Below, piece by piece: positions 14,219-28,634 of a stretch of DNA of 64,000 nt (its first letter is position 1; each line of letters opens with the position of its first letter). This DNA comes from Octopus sinensis (lineage: Eukaryota), in the NCBI RefSeq assembly GCF_006345805.1, contig NC_043004.1, positions 43,586,001 through 43,650,000 of the forward strand, given 5' to 3'. Under the pieces are notes generated by a model that did no database searches, was not told the DNA's origin, and saw only the letters and a program-made list of their open reading frames with translations. The position numbers and the translations under genes are program-made.

Positions 14219-16367
14219 CAGCCACACACACACACACACACACACGTTAGTATATTATGTTTGTGCGAGTGTCAGCGTCTGTGTTTGCTCAAAGTAGCAG
14301 ATTTGCGCACATTAACGTGCTGTTTATTTATTTGAAGAAAACTCAGTGTATTCTCTACTGCTATTTCTATTACACACATACACACAAATTTGTATGAGTG
14401 CACGTTTGGATTTTACGTAATATTGAAATATAAACTTGTGTTTATAGGCTTTATAATATATGTTAATACGTGTTTATAGGATATGATGTATATATAAATA
14501 CGTGTGTTGGCTTTATCAACACAAGCTTTGTATATAATAGATGGCACCATATAATGATATAGTGAAGAAAAGCGAACTATTAAGAATCCAAACACGCTAG
14601 AGTTCTCAAATAGAGCCTCACATTTAAATGAATAAATATTTTTAAAATGGTATCAGGAATAAACTTGGTGTAGTAAGCTAAGGTGTATATGATCCGTTAG
14701 TATTTCCTACCTTCTAATATATATTGATTCATGTTTAACTGTACCAAACAGTATTATATAGCGACTATTTAGATATTGAAATTCCATGACTGGACAAGTA
14801 CTATTTTCAGTTAGTTCCGGGTAATCGCCCATTATATAATAGAAATTATTGCCCAGAAGTTGATTTGTTCAAAAACTCTTGTCTGTGAAGAAAACATTCC
14901 CGAAATAGTTTCGAATTATTTCTTTCATAATTAATTTTCTCTTAGTTAATATCTTTAAATTAATGTAACCTCATGTTTTTAGTGATAATTTTGTTTCGTT
15001 GAGCAATCATGGATGATATTATTCAAAGAAAATCGAGCGGACTTGTGTTGCATATAGTTTTAGTACTCCTGTGTTTCAGCCTTTCTAGTCTACGACTTAA
15101 TATTAAGAGGACTTCTATCTTAGATTTCCTCTGATCAAGTTATCACGTAATTGTATATTTTTATGGATATCAGACCTTTGGATAAACAACAGCTTCATAC
15201 AAAAATATGCAATATCTTACTCTTTCATCAAGGTATATAATTTAATTAGATTTTAAAATTATTCTCCCATACAAGTGTAATGTTGATGATCATGTTCTTA
15301 TTCGTAGATTTCACAAAAGAGGTGAAACATCCAAGATTTTCTTCGACTTTTCAGTATTCACATTAAGATATTTCTGTAATAACAACAAAAAAAACATATA
15401 TATGTTAAACCAAACGTTTGTGTTTGTGTGTAGTTTATTCAAATGATTTCTATAAAGAAATGTTTGAGGGCCAGAAAGTCGTGTAGAGATAAAAAGAGTT
15501 GCATATTAGTTACATCCTTAAAAAAATATATGTGGTGGTGTAATAATCGGTTGGAACGAGGTATATACATATTACCGTAATGTCAGCGCCAAGCAGTGTT
15601 TAGGTACAAGCGAGGTTAGTTAAAATATGTTTGTGACATAATTCAACAGCTAAAAGGTAACTTCATGGCAGGTAGCGTAGAGATAATTTCTCTCTAATGG
15701 TAAAATGTTGGAAAAGTGCTATATCTCTCCAGTGTCGCTCTCTGTCGGAGTCCCAGACACCGATGCTTTCTAGCACGTTAGCCGAGATCAATGGGTTATA
15801 CCTAAGAGTACCAACTCTGGACGGATCTTATTAAAACCATGGCGTTATATAAAATATAGTTAAAAAAATAACATTGACTGATATGCGCCAGTAGACCGCC
15901 GAGGTCGCGGAAATTATCGTAATATCAGTGGCAAACACTATTTACTCATAAGTGAACTTTAGGTTAGTTAAAAATATTTGTATCATATTTCAACTACTAA
16001 AAACCAAATTCACCGCTGTTAGCGTGGAGAAGAAATGCCTCTTGTGGTAAAAGGTGTAAAAACCCTCTACCTCTCCAGTGTCACACCCTGTCAGATTCCC
16101 AGATATCGATGTTTTTAGCACTTTAGACGTTATCAAAGGGAAATAACTGAGTGAAGAATATATAATGAAAATCAAATTTCATGGGAGGTATTATCCAACA
16201 TTTTGATTTCTCAAATTCACCATAAGTATAACAAGTCACCGAGGTGGCACTTGTCTACCAGTAGACAATTTGTCTTTTTTTTTTCATCTGTTAAACTTCT
16301 AAAATATTTGTACGGTAGAATAGTGATGCGTCTTTTTGTATGCATGAATACACATGTCACGATAATA

Positions 16368-16599
16368 TATTTCTTTATTACCCACAAGGGGCTAAACACA
16401 GAGGGGACAAATAAGGACAGACAAAGAGATTAAATCGATTACATCGACCTCAGTGCGTAACTGGTACTTAATTTTTCGACCCCGAAAGGATGAAAGGCAA
16501 AGTCCACCTCGGCGGAATTTGACCTCGGAACGTAACGACAGACGAAATACGGCTACGCATTTAACCCGGCGTGCTAACGTTTCTGCCAGCTCGCCGCCT
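16368..16599 (-). mobile_element. tRNA-derived SINE (Nin-domain-like core) with 13-bp TSD
   Basis: B-box gttccgaggtcaaattcc, core ctttcatcctttcggggtcga...aagtaccag; TSD tgtcacgataata at 16355-16367 and 16600-16612. Confidence 0.9.
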
Positions 16600-17359
16600 T
16601 GTCACGATAATAATTATGTAATCAAAAATGAATGCTCACTAAGTCTTAAACAGTTGGTAGTTTCAATGTTGTTTAAAAATATTAAATTGCTTGTAAATAT
16701 TTTAATTCAGAGAGGTTCATAGCACTAAGAAAGCGCTAAGGTAATAAAACTTACAGCAATTGTTAAGTGGTGAATGGATTGCTTTTTCTTAATGGAACCC
16801 TTTCAAGGTTTTATTATGGCTATTGAATAGCAAAATTTTAATCTTACTTTAACATAATATAGCGCAAACTTAATAAATATCTTCTAAAACACAATCTATA
16901 AAAATGGTTAATTATAAGATGTAGGAAAAGTTTAGCTACTTAACATTGTAATAAATGGTACTTTGATGTTACTGTCTTTCTAAACGTTATTAGAATAATG
17001 AGCAACAAGAAGGAATGTTTGTTATGCGTAGGTCGGATATGAAGTATAATGATATATAAACCCTTCATCGTAATTATTATGGAATGGTGGTGAATAATAA
17101 TATTATACATGAGTATACATGTATAGAGAGACGTTAGTAGTTCGATATATTACTTGATAGACAGATACATAGATCAATGAATTGCATAAAAGTTATAGGA
17201 TTCCAATTGTGGAATGAATCGCCTGAATGGGAAGCCGATATTGTAGATTTTATACGTTTTATACTTATGTGCGTGCGTGCAAGTGTGTGTATGTGTTTGG
17301 ACGTGGAGTAATTTCATCCTATTCTCTGATTCGTATATTTTATATCCACATTAATGGGT

Positions 17360-17415
17360 ATGCTCCAGCATGGCCGCAGTCAAATGACTGAAACAAGTAA
17401 AAGAGTAAAAGAGTA
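17360..17415 (+). mobile_element. SINE 3' tail fragment
   Basis: gctccagcatggccgcagtcaaatgactgaaacaagtaaaagagtaaaaga, matching 62590-62635. Confidence 0.7.
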
Positions 17416-17965
17416 TTCATAAAAATTCTAATACACATCACATCAACAGATGAATGCAAAGATAATCACACACACCTATATATATATATATATATACGTA
17501 TGTGTGCATATGCTTGCACAATATACATAGAGTTGTATGTATCTGCATTATTATGTGACCACGTGTACTTTCGTGGAATTAATATTATATCCATTTTCGT
17601 CCAAGAAACCCTTTTTATTAGATTTCTCATCGTTACATGTAGTTTCCTGTTTTCCTTTTGGATACGTTTATCGATAATAAATTGGCTGCCGCTTCTTCAA
17701 GTAACAATTAGAGCAAGTTGGTGCTGCTTCGAGTGAATAATTACAACTGAATGCATGCAGCAATGTTTTCAGAGAATACAGAAAATTAGAAGATTATGTT
17801 TATAATTTGCGAAATTACAACTATAGATACATTTGGTTAGAAATGGCCCAATAATTAGAGCTTTCATTAAAGCAATTAGATTGAGATCTATACACGTACA
17901 AACAAAAAATGCTGACACATATATATGTATGTATATATATATATATGTGTGAATGTATGTATGTA

Positions 17966-18004
<39 letters not shown>

Positions 18005-18013
18005 ATATATATT

Positions 18014-18047
<34 letters not shown>

Positions 18048-18268
18048 ATATATAGATAGATAGATAGATAGATAGATTGATTGATAATTACATATGTATA
18101 CATATATATACGTATATATGTATGTATTTATCAATTCATATATATATACGTATATATGATGATTATTCAATTCATACATATATATATTAATATATACATA
18201 TGCATATATATTATTATGCATATATGTATGTATACATATGTTTATATATTACATATATATGTACACAC

Positions 18269-18313
<45 letters not shown>

Positions 18314-20490
18314 CACACAAACACGCACAGACGTGCACACATACATACACACATATATATAAACATTTCCCTGATGTTGCATGTAATTTTTGAGTGTCTT
18401 AATCCAGTATAAATTTATCATTCATATTATGTTCCCTATTGAAAGCCAACAAATACGAAAGATTCTATATAATTTTACAGGAAGATAAGTTTTAAATATT
18501 CTACGAATATCCTGAGAACGAAATTGATATTTATAAAATTTCTACCATTACTGACAGTGTGTGCGATTCTCTCAAAACAGATGTTAGCTAAAAGGTACTC
18601 ATGTTAGGAGAGGTAATAAATATTGCCTATAAGACTAAATAACAGGTTTACCGATTTACGAATGTAATTCCTAGCAGCAAACTTTTTTCGCTTCATGGGA
18701 TCGCTGATTGAAGCAATTCATTGGAATTGATTTTTTTTTCTGATTTAATTCATCACACCAAACTTTGATCTGTTCTATCAGTTTCTTTAAGCACTTTATT
18801 TTGAAATATATAGAACTTTCAGTTAATTTAATTCAGTATATGATAATGTGTTCGTAAATATAATTGAAACATCAGTCAATACTTCAATATTTCTGCTGAG
18901 ACCCAAAAAGCGGCAAGGATACCTTTTATTGTGTAATCTGTTATAATCAGCAGTGTGTCATAATCAAATATATAGAGAATATACTAATTATATACTGCAA
19001 GAAAAATTGTGTTTGTAAACTATATTTATCTAAATATTCGTATCCCATAATTCAAAAATATTAATTGTTATTATGATATATGAAATGTCAAGTGAAATGC
19101 ACTGCGCTATTTAAAAATTCTTTTTACATTTGTAGCGTGTAGTCATTTTCAAATAGTACCGCCAATGTGTGGTAGCTGGCAATATGACGTAATGTCGTAT
19201 TGCCGAAGAAATATGATTGTCGTTTTCCCATTGGTTGAAATAACTGCTCATACAGGAATTCTGAAAATTAGTTAACTTTGTTAAAGAATATTTTTATGTG
19301 ATTTCAATTCTTTAAAGTGAAGTTCAGCAGTTATAAAAACCCTGGATTATGGAGAAAACTTTAGTGTTTGTGGGATGCTACTAAACTCCATGACATTCAC
19401 TTCTTTGAGACATTGGTTATGTTTTTATGCCATTTCTATGAAGAATCCAACAAGACTTGTTTTAATCTATGTAAGATCAATATAGTTAGTATGAAGAATT
19501 ATTTAGCGTAAATTTTAAGTAGTATTTTTCTACGACAAAATTACATTACTTCAAATTGTATTATGAATATTAATAATGCTAAACGTACATAAATAGAATA
19601 ATGTAGTAATTATTTTCTCTTTCTTCACGTTCTTCAATTTATTAATGAAATGTATTTCTGTAATTATGAATCTGTATTTTATTGCGGTTAAAAGAACACG
19701 AAATTATTTATATTCAACATACATGCTCGCATAAAATGTCCGTTACCGTTTCAGAAAATATATTTCTCGCTATGGCGTTTATGTACCTGGAGTCAGGGAT
19801 TATGTATAATGATAAAACTTAAAAGTAAGTTATAAGTGACGGGTGTATCAATATATATATCCATACTTCAAAAGTTAAATATATTTATCCATTTCCAAAC
19901 GGGAAACATATTACACTAACAGTAAACAAACCAACCAGAAAATTCCACTATACATTGTACCATATTGTAGATTTGTTTCTCATCGATATGCTAAGTTAAA
20001 AACCAAAACCATATTTTATATTATATATTCCTGCATGATATTACTGAAGATAAATCTAATTATTACAACATTTACGAATATAATTATGTAATGTACAACA
20101 GACTCTTGAGATACTATACATTTTCTGGAATATCGCTTTGCGGTTGTCGATATGTATTTTGAATGTATATATGTTTTTGTGTGCGTAAAATATTTCATAT
20201 AAACAAAAACTCAAGAGAACAAAAGAAAAATCTTGGAACGTTCCCAAATAATGTAACATTATCCATGCAATGAATAATACAAAGGCTTACATTATTCATA
20301 AGATGTATGGACTCTTACGAAAAGATAGAGGGATGTCTATTAAGTTAGCCTGCATAGGAGAAAGAACAGTCAAAAATATTCACGTCGTAGACTAACGTCG
20401 TTTATAGAGAAAGGAATAACTTTTGTCATCCTTAGGAACACATCGTATATCATTGTGCACGTGACTTGCAATTCACTTACCTTAGATATA

Positions 20491-20736
20491 CAGGGTTGGC
20501 CAAAATTCGCCCAACGGTAAATATAAATTCCATAAATACTTATTTAATTTTATTTATTATTTCTAATCATGAAAGTTTAATAATTGAATGATATGAGTTA
20601 AAATCACCGTTTTGGTTTTTTTTCAGCATTTGTCTATTTATTATGGGTCTCAAAAGATAACTATTTTTTTGTTTTTGTTTTCATCTTGGAAATGAATGGT
20701 TTTGATTTACGGTCAGTTGTTTTTTGGCCAACACTG
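20491..20736. mobile_element. Tc1/mariner-type MITE
   Basis: TIRs cagggttggccaaaa / ttttggccaacactg with TA on both sides. Confidence 0.8.
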
Positions 20737-20927
20737 TATATGAACAAAACTGAACTGGGCTACGTATAAACTTACACCATTAAATATAGACAATGGAAAT
20801 AATACAAATGGGTTTAGCTAAATAAAAACATAAAATAGGTTACTGGATAATATAAAATAACTTCATCTAGTCCTGCTATTATACTTACACGCATTTCACA
20901 ATTCTCTCCCTATCTCTCTCTGTATAT

Positions 20928-21120
20928 ATGGCTCAGTGGTTAGAGCGTCGAGCTTACCATCGTGAGGTTGCGAGTTCGATTCCAGGACCGGTCTGAGTGT
21001 TGTGTTCTTGAGCAGGGTGACTACTGGCCATCCATAAACAAACTTCCCCTAGGTTGTGCCTCGGAGGGTAGTTTTGTAGGTGCAATCCCATGGTCATTCA
21101 TGATCGAAGGTGTTTCCTCC
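20928..21120 (+). mobile_element. tRNA-derived SINE, second family
   Basis: A-box tggctcagtggttaga, B-box gagttcgattcc; tail gtgcaatcccatggtcattcatga shared with 33060-33185 and 54095-54350. Confidence 0.75.
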
Positions 21121-21121
21121 T

Positions 21122-21164
<43 letters not shown>

Positions 21165-21188
21165 ATATATATATATATATGTATATAT

Positions 21189-21288
<100 letters not shown>

Positions 21289-21301
21289 ATATATATATAT
21301 A

Positions 21302-21489
21302 TACTAGCAGTATTGCCCGGCGTTGCTCGGGTTTGTTCCGACCCGCTGGAATTGTAATTTTGAAAAGCCATAATTTTGTGAACATTTTTCGGGTCGAAAT
21401 ATACCGAAAAGTGGCGACACAGCAGAAGGAAAAAATCGTAAAAAAATAGGGACTTTCATAGAAAAAAGCAGCTTTTTGATGTAAATATT
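21302..21489 (-). mobile_element. Helitron-like 3' end, truncated by the gap
   Basis: Minus strand cccgagcaacgccggg hairpin followed by caatactgCTAGt. Confidence 0.6.
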
Positions 21490-21589
21490 NNNNNNNNNNN
21501 NNNNNNNNNNNNNNNNNNNNNNNNNNNNNNNNNNNNNNNNNNNNNNNNNNNNNNNNNNNNNNNNNNNNNNNNNNNNNNNNNNNNNNNNN
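21490..21589. other. Assembly gap (100 N)
   Basis: Run of N. Confidence 1.
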
Positions 21590-23027
21590 AAAGGCAGTGA
21601 ACTGACAGAATCAGTAGGACGTAAAGCCAAATGCTTAGTAGCATTTCGGCCGTCTTAATATTCTTGGTTCAAATTCCCATGGGTTCGATTTTGAGTTTTT
21701 CCTTACGGAGTCCATAAAACAAACGCTCTTCTCCCGGACTTGCTGGTGTTGTGCCAAAATTTGAAATCAATATTATGGCCATATAAGTAACTCTTTCCGC
21801 TCTATGTAATAGAAGTAATATTTTCTTCGAATACCGTAAGAGGCAACCAAAACTTGATTTAATATTACTGTTTCTAGGGAAATGTTGGGTTCTTTTTAAA
21901 ATAAAATTTATTAATGCCGTATATTGGTTAAAGATAAAAGAAGAATGAACAAGATTGATATGAATGGGTTCAATAATAGCACTTCTATGAAAACATGTGA
22001 CTATCTGTAGGGAGAAATGATCACAAAATGCAGTATTGCTATGAGATGGGGAAAATTGAAATCTTTAAGTTCCAAGATACCTATAAACATTTTTCAAAGA
22101 ACATGGATTTTTTTCAATCGTCACACCAAATGAATTAACTGTAATTAATATATTTTCTATGAATATTTTTCAGAATCTACCAGCGCAGTACATAACTTGT
22201 CTCAAGAGATTGCCGTTTTTATGGCTTAGTCAAAAGAGAAGGGTAAGCACTGTGTCACTTTTCTCAAATCCTCCGAGACTAAAAAGTAGTAATGCTGTGG
22301 TTATTGCAATCAATCGTTGCAGAATATTAATAAAATATAAGATTAACACATATTCGGCATATTCATATCTATATTAAGGAAAGTCCTGTCACATGTTTAG
22401 TCTTCAGCAAATATGAGTTTATACAAATAGCACACTTCATATGAAGTCTATGGAATAATACTTTTTTACTATTGGATTCCGATTTACCTAAGAATACTGT
22501 ATGGTATCATACATTTTGTTGAGTCAAGCATTAATTGAAATCATACACCAATCCAAAGAGCTAACCTGAACCAACTTCACAAATAAACGCATAAAAATAT
22601 GAACAAAACGAGAAATTGCTTAATGCACCAATCGATATTTATTTTGCCATATATTCAATAATATAGGTGGAAAAACACTGAGTTAACGTGAATATGAGAT
22701 TTTTCAGTATAAGTATGTGCACAGTGTCCCACACACAAGCATTAATGAATATTTACAGATGCGTACACATGTACACTGACAATCAAAAGCGCACATATGA
22801 TATATACACATAAACATTATACATATATATAAGCGCATATATGTTTAGAATTATGTGTCAGTGTGTACGTAGTTTAGTTAGTTTTATTTCATTTTAAGTA
22901 CTTCCAAGATCCCATGATACTAGACGTTCAAACACATTGCCATATCAGTTAAAAGTACAGTGTGCTTTCAATTTTCTTATCACTTCCCTCATTTCAATAC
23001 TGATATTATTCTTGAAGCCAATCCCGT

Positions 23028-23100
<73 letters not shown>

Positions 23101-23138
23101 TATAATATATACATATATATGTATGTATACATATATAT

Positions 23139-23172
<34 letters not shown>

Positions 23173-23914
23173 ATATATATATATATATACCATATATATA
23201 TATATACATATATATATTATATTATATGTATATATATGTATATCTATATATACGTATATATGTATGGATGGATGGATGTTTATGTATATGTATATATAAT
23301 CTATAGATAGATAGAGAGAGAATGAAAAGCAGAGAGAAAAAAGATATAGAGTGAAATGGAAAGAGAGAAAGAAAAAGAGAAAGAGCGGGAGAATTATTAC
23401 GATTTTCTTTTATTTATCGAATCTCATTCATGAAAAGCGGCATACTTAATCACTATTTATAATAAAGTTTATGCAAAATAAATTTTGTTATGCAAACATA
23501 CAGACATTTTTTGCACACATTTACAATGAAAATACTCTAAGCACACGCATGCATTCATACGTATAGATCACTATATCCAGGTGGCTATCGAATGTTGGAA
23601 ATATATTAATTGCCCAGTCATGTGAAAGGCTATCTTCTACAGGGGTACCAGAGAAAAAACATCATCCCTGCATATCATATTTTCACTCTAGCCTCAGCCA
23701 AATTATCTTGATTTCAATATTCTTTCATATTTATAAAGCGCAGTTGTAGAAATAAGCTGAAAAAGCAAAATGGCATTAATTGAACCTGACATAAACTTAT
23801 CTTATTTTCTGTCAACTAACATATTTCCCACTTATTCACTTCTTCGTAAAGTTCTGGAAAATGCATCAATTTTAAAGAACCTTTCTACAAATACGTTTCA
23901 GATAAGTCTACATT

Positions 23915-24297
23915 AAAAATGCGCAGCCGTATTTCGACTGCCGTCACGTTCTGAGTTCAAATTCCGCTGAGGTCAACTTTGCTTTTCATCCTTTCGGGGT
24001 CGATGAATTAAGTACCAGTTACGCACTGGAGTCGGTATAATCGACTTAATCTATTTGTTTGTCCTTGTTTAACCTCTTTGTATTTAGCCCTTTGTGGGTA
24101 GTAAAGAAATAGGTATTTCATCTGTCATTACATTCTGAGTTCAAATTTCGCCGAGGTCGACTTTGCCTTTCATCCTTTCGGGGTCGATAAATAAAGTACC
24201 AGTTTCGCACTGGGGTCGATGTAATCGACTTAATCCCTTTGTCTGTCCTTGATTGTCCCCTCTGTGTTTAGCCCCATGTGGGTAGTAAAGAAATAAA
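23915..24297 (+). mobile_element. SINE with internally duplicated body (dimer-like)
   Basis: Two tandem copies of gttctgagttcaaatt...catcctttcggggtcgat...gtgggtagtaaagaaata. Confidence 0.85.
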
Positions 24298-24708
24298 TAT
24301 TTTGTAAATAGCTCTAAAAATTATTTCTAAGAGTGAGGAAGGGAATATATTTGAATAATTCAGGCACCTCGAATAATAAAATTTGGGCACATATTTAATT
24401 TCTTCAGAACTTTCCCGTTTTGTTCATAGGTTACAGTTTTGTAGGTGAAAGTTACTTTTGCGGCTTATTCCACTCGATCCATTCTGTGAAGAATTAAATG
24501 GGTGATTTTCAATAAAATGAAGATAATGACATAATTTGTTATAGAATTAAATCAGATGTGAATTCAAAGGCTGCTACAATAGCATCATCGTTAAAAAAAA
24601 ACAGGGATTACATGCAACCGGCAGTATTTCAGCAAGTGTAAAATTTTAGTTGCACAAAGCGGGACGATTATTATGTTTAAATCAATTTGGAAAGTTAATC
24701 GCAGGAAC

Positions 24709-24757
<49 letters not shown>
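24709..24757. repeat. (GTA)n microsatellite
   Basis: Direct reading. Confidence 0.95.
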
Positions 24758-24867
24758 ATGGCAGCAGCAGTAGTGATGGTGGTGTTGGTGGTAATACTAA
24801 TGCTACTTATCATAATAATGATATTTGCTTCTCTAGGCAAAAGCCCGAAATTTTGAAGGAAGGTGCA

Positions 24868-25195
24868 AGACGATTAGATTGACCCCAGTACGCAACTGGT
24901 ACTTAAATTATCGACTCCGAAATAATGAAAGGCAGAGACGATCTCAGCGGAATTTGAACTCAGAAAGTAAAGGTAGCCGAAATACCTATTTCTTTACTAC
25001 CTACAAGGGGCTAAACACAGAGGGGACAAACAAGGACAGACACATGGATTAAGTCGATAACATCGACCCCAGCGCGTAACTGGTACTTAATTTATCAGCA
25101 CTGAAAGGATGAAAGGCAAAGACGACCTCTGTGGAATTTGAACTCAGAACGTAACGGCTGACAAAATACTTCTAAGCATTTCGTCCGGCTTGCTA
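24868..25195 (-). mobile_element. SINE with duplicated body, same family, reverse orientation
   Basis: Reverse complement of the 23915-24297 motifs. Confidence 0.85.
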
Positions 25196-26359
25196 ATAAT
25201 AATAATGGACATACACTAAAGCGATCTCACCACAAAACAAACTTAATCCAATAACATCTGTGCAATTCAAGCGATGTTAGATCTGAAATAACCCCAAATT
25301 ATGACCGGATATCATCATGGTGGATGTTTACATTCTAGTGGTGAGCAACGAAATAAGTAAGATGAGGACCGTAGTTTCAAATATTCAAATAACGTAAACA
25401 ATAATTTGTTAGGAAGCCGAGATCGTGTGGAGAGATATTATCTAAAGAAATCCTGCTAAAATATTGTAATATATTTGAAAAATAGACTTATAAGTGTTAT
25501 GTGGCATAAAGTAGTCGTTTAATTAGAATAAGGGCTGTTATAGGTTGATAAGGGTATTGAAGACAGATTGAGAGATGAAATAAATTGTTGAAGGACGAAA
25601 AATAAACATAAATGATTTGGAATATAAAAGAGAAATATACTTCGATACTATATATTAAAATACTAATTTTGAATGTATTTCGAAAAAAAACATTATAACT
25701 ATTAATTATTTAGCATTTCAATGCACTAACGTATAATTCCATTATTCAGAGAAAAATTATAGTTTACATACTTTGGAGTGGAATTTAAATATTTACGCGA
25801 AACACTTTTTTTGAGGTGGGAATATAACGAAATGTGACAAAATTGGAGAAAAGTGGAAGAAGAAACACACGTAATATTTTATGTGGGTTATATGATAGAA
25901 AAAATATTAAGAAATAATAGAGAGAAAAGAGAAACGTTGTTTTATATTGTATCCTACGATATTATTTTAGAATGTATTGCAGAGAAACGTTATAATAACT
26001 ATTATTATTTAACATTTCAACTATCTAATATTCAGAGAAAAAGTGTTAGGTATTTAAATTTATAGTGCATTTACTTCTGAGAGGAATTTACATGTTTATG
26101 CGAAAAACAATATGTTTTACAGTGTGAGGAAGTTTTTATAAACCGTCACATTTTTGTAAAGTATAAGTGTAATAACGAGTAATCTCCTTTAGTTTTTGTT
26201 CGTGCACTTAAATTTGTTTTCTAAGGTTTTATTATCATGAAATATTTCTCATTCATTTTACTAGAGAACTGTATTGATAAGATTTGTGGATAATATGGAT
26301 ATATATATATATATATAATATATATATTATATATAATATATATATATATATACTATATA

Positions 26360-26418
<59 letters not shown>

Positions 26419-26439
26419 ATAAATACATGCATATATATA

Positions 26440-26473
<34 letters not shown>

Positions 26474-26589
26474 CATATATATACAGAGAGCGAGAGCGAG
26501 AGAGATACAGAGATAGAAGATAGATGGATAGATAGATACACGGCACAGCTGATTGTATGATATATATTCTAATTCATTAAGTGGGCAAT

Positions 26590-27870
26590 GATTGAGCAAT
26601 GACACGGGTTGTGTCACCAGAATATCTTCAACATTGCCAAAGCAAATGTACCAATAATGAATAAAAATATATAATTACAGATGTAACCATGGTTCTTAGT
26701 AGAAGAGAGACTAAAAACTTGAATAAAATATTAACAAAGGCAAAGTTTGACCATGGCAACAAAGATTAATCATTCATTCTATGTAAATGCAATGATAGCC
26801 GCTGTAGCACATGCCAATTGATACATACCGGCCCATATATGAAAACGAAAATCGGAAAAATATTCACAAATGCAAATATGAACTGCAAAAGCCGAAATTT
26901 AATTTACTGCATCAAATGCCCAAATTGTGAAACTGTACGTAGGTCAGACTGGAAATGCAATCTCAGAACATTACGGTGTGCACCAACAGCAAATTAAAGA
27001 GCCAGATGTCTGTCAGATACCTTTGAGTAACCATCTAGCAACATGCGGTCGGAAAATATCTATATATCGATTCTACAAATTACACAGTTCAAGTGAAATT
27101 GAATGGAAAACATTAGAGAAAAGAACTTTATTAATAAGTTCAAACCCAAGCTAAATAAACAATAATACTAATACTTACAAGTAATATATCTACTGCTACG
27201 ACCACTACCACTAACAACAACAATACTAAAGCTGGTCATTATGGTAATAGCAGAAAAATACTAGCTAAGTCAAGACAAAAGTCAGTAACAATTATATATT
27301 GGGTTTTAAAGTTCTATTACAAGAGCTACTCATACCACCACCACTAACAACAACGACAACAGTAATAAAGGAGATGATAATGATGATGATGATGATGATG
27401 ATGATGATAGGTGAAATGTAAAAATTCCAGAGAAATGTTTCACTACATTTCTAACAATAGCCTGACAAATACTGCTTTGGCCAGGTTCAGAACACGGATC
27501 TCTTGACATGTTCAACAAACCGTGATGCTTAAACCAAACACCAATCAACTGAAGTAATTTAATAAAATCACACACGGATTGGTCAGAAGACAGTTAGCAA
27601 AAATTAACACTCTGGAGCCAATACAAATGTATTTAAGGCCATGAAATGTATTTTAGCAATCTCATCACAGCTGTAAATTATAAAACATAACTGTCATCAC
27701 AACTACATGAACCTGAAGATTGCATAGTTTTAATTCATGAAAGTACTAGTTCAATCAGAATGGACATTTAATATTCTATCATTTCATTATGTTATATTAT
27801 CATAACTATATACTATTTATTATAAGATTATAAATAAAACGTGAAACTCAAAGTTGGAATTTCTTTGAGT
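26590..27870 (+). mobile_element. PLE 3' fragment: Cys linker, GIY-YIG endonuclease and pseudo-LTR
   Basis: KCNDSRCSTCQL, MNCKSRNLIYCIKCPNC, LYVGQTGNAISEHYGVHQQQI, YRFYKL, INKFKPKLN; downstream HHR motif. Confidence 0.8.
27708..27753 (+). ncRNA. Minimal type I hammerhead ribozyme motif in a PLE pseudo-LTR
   Basis: tgaac CTGAAGA [weak stem II] GAAA gtac TA gttca; perfect 5-bp stem I and palindromic stem III. Confidence 0.65.
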
Positions 27871-27897
27871 AACACATCTACCCACACCCACACCCAT

Positions 27898-27996
<99 letters not shown>

Positions 27997-28223
27997 ATAT
28001 AAATATTAAAATAACTAAGTCTCTCTAAAAGAGAACAGCGGCAGCGTCCCGGAAAATAATAGTTATCGCCAAACTAATATGGCATTCTTATAAAAATAAG
28101 AAAAAAGCTGTCCGCTTATTAGCTCCATGAGGCCATCGCCTTAAGTTAGCTATTTGATACACAAACTGTATCCATATACCTTCGAACAAGGGAGGTCAGT
28201 CGCTCCACACTACTTGACCGGCA

Positions 28224-28265
28224 GCTACAGACGCGTTTCGGGGTATTGCCCCTTTTCAATGCAGC
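28224..28265 (-). ncRNA. Type I hammerhead ribozyme, U3-A8 core variant
   Basis: gctgca TTGAAAA gggg-caata-cccc GAAA cgcg TC tgtagc on the minus strand. Confidence 0.8.
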
Positions 28266-28592
28266 GTAGCCAGCCAGTAGGTGTCGCTTCCGACAATCTC
28301 TGTTCGATGGTTTTATTTACCTAGTTTCGGTGGAATACATCCACTTGTTTTCAATAATAGAAATATTAAAATAACTAAGTCTCTCTAAAAGAGAACAGCG
28401 GCAGCGTTCCCGGAAAATAATAGTTATCGCCATACTAATATGGCATTCTTATAAAAATAAGAAAAAAGAAAAAAGCTGTCCGCTTATTAGCTCCATGAGG
28501 CCATCGCCTTAAGTTAGCTATTTGATACACAAACTGTATCCATATAACCTTCGAACAAGGGAGGTCAGTCGCTCCACACTACTTGACCGGCA

Positions 28593-28634
28593 GCTACAGA
28601 CGCGTTTCGGGGTATTGCCCCTTTTCAATGCAGC
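28593..28634 (-). ncRNA. Type I hammerhead ribozyme, U3-A8 core variant (copy 2)
   Basis: Identical motif, 369 nt from copy 1. Confidence 0.8.
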
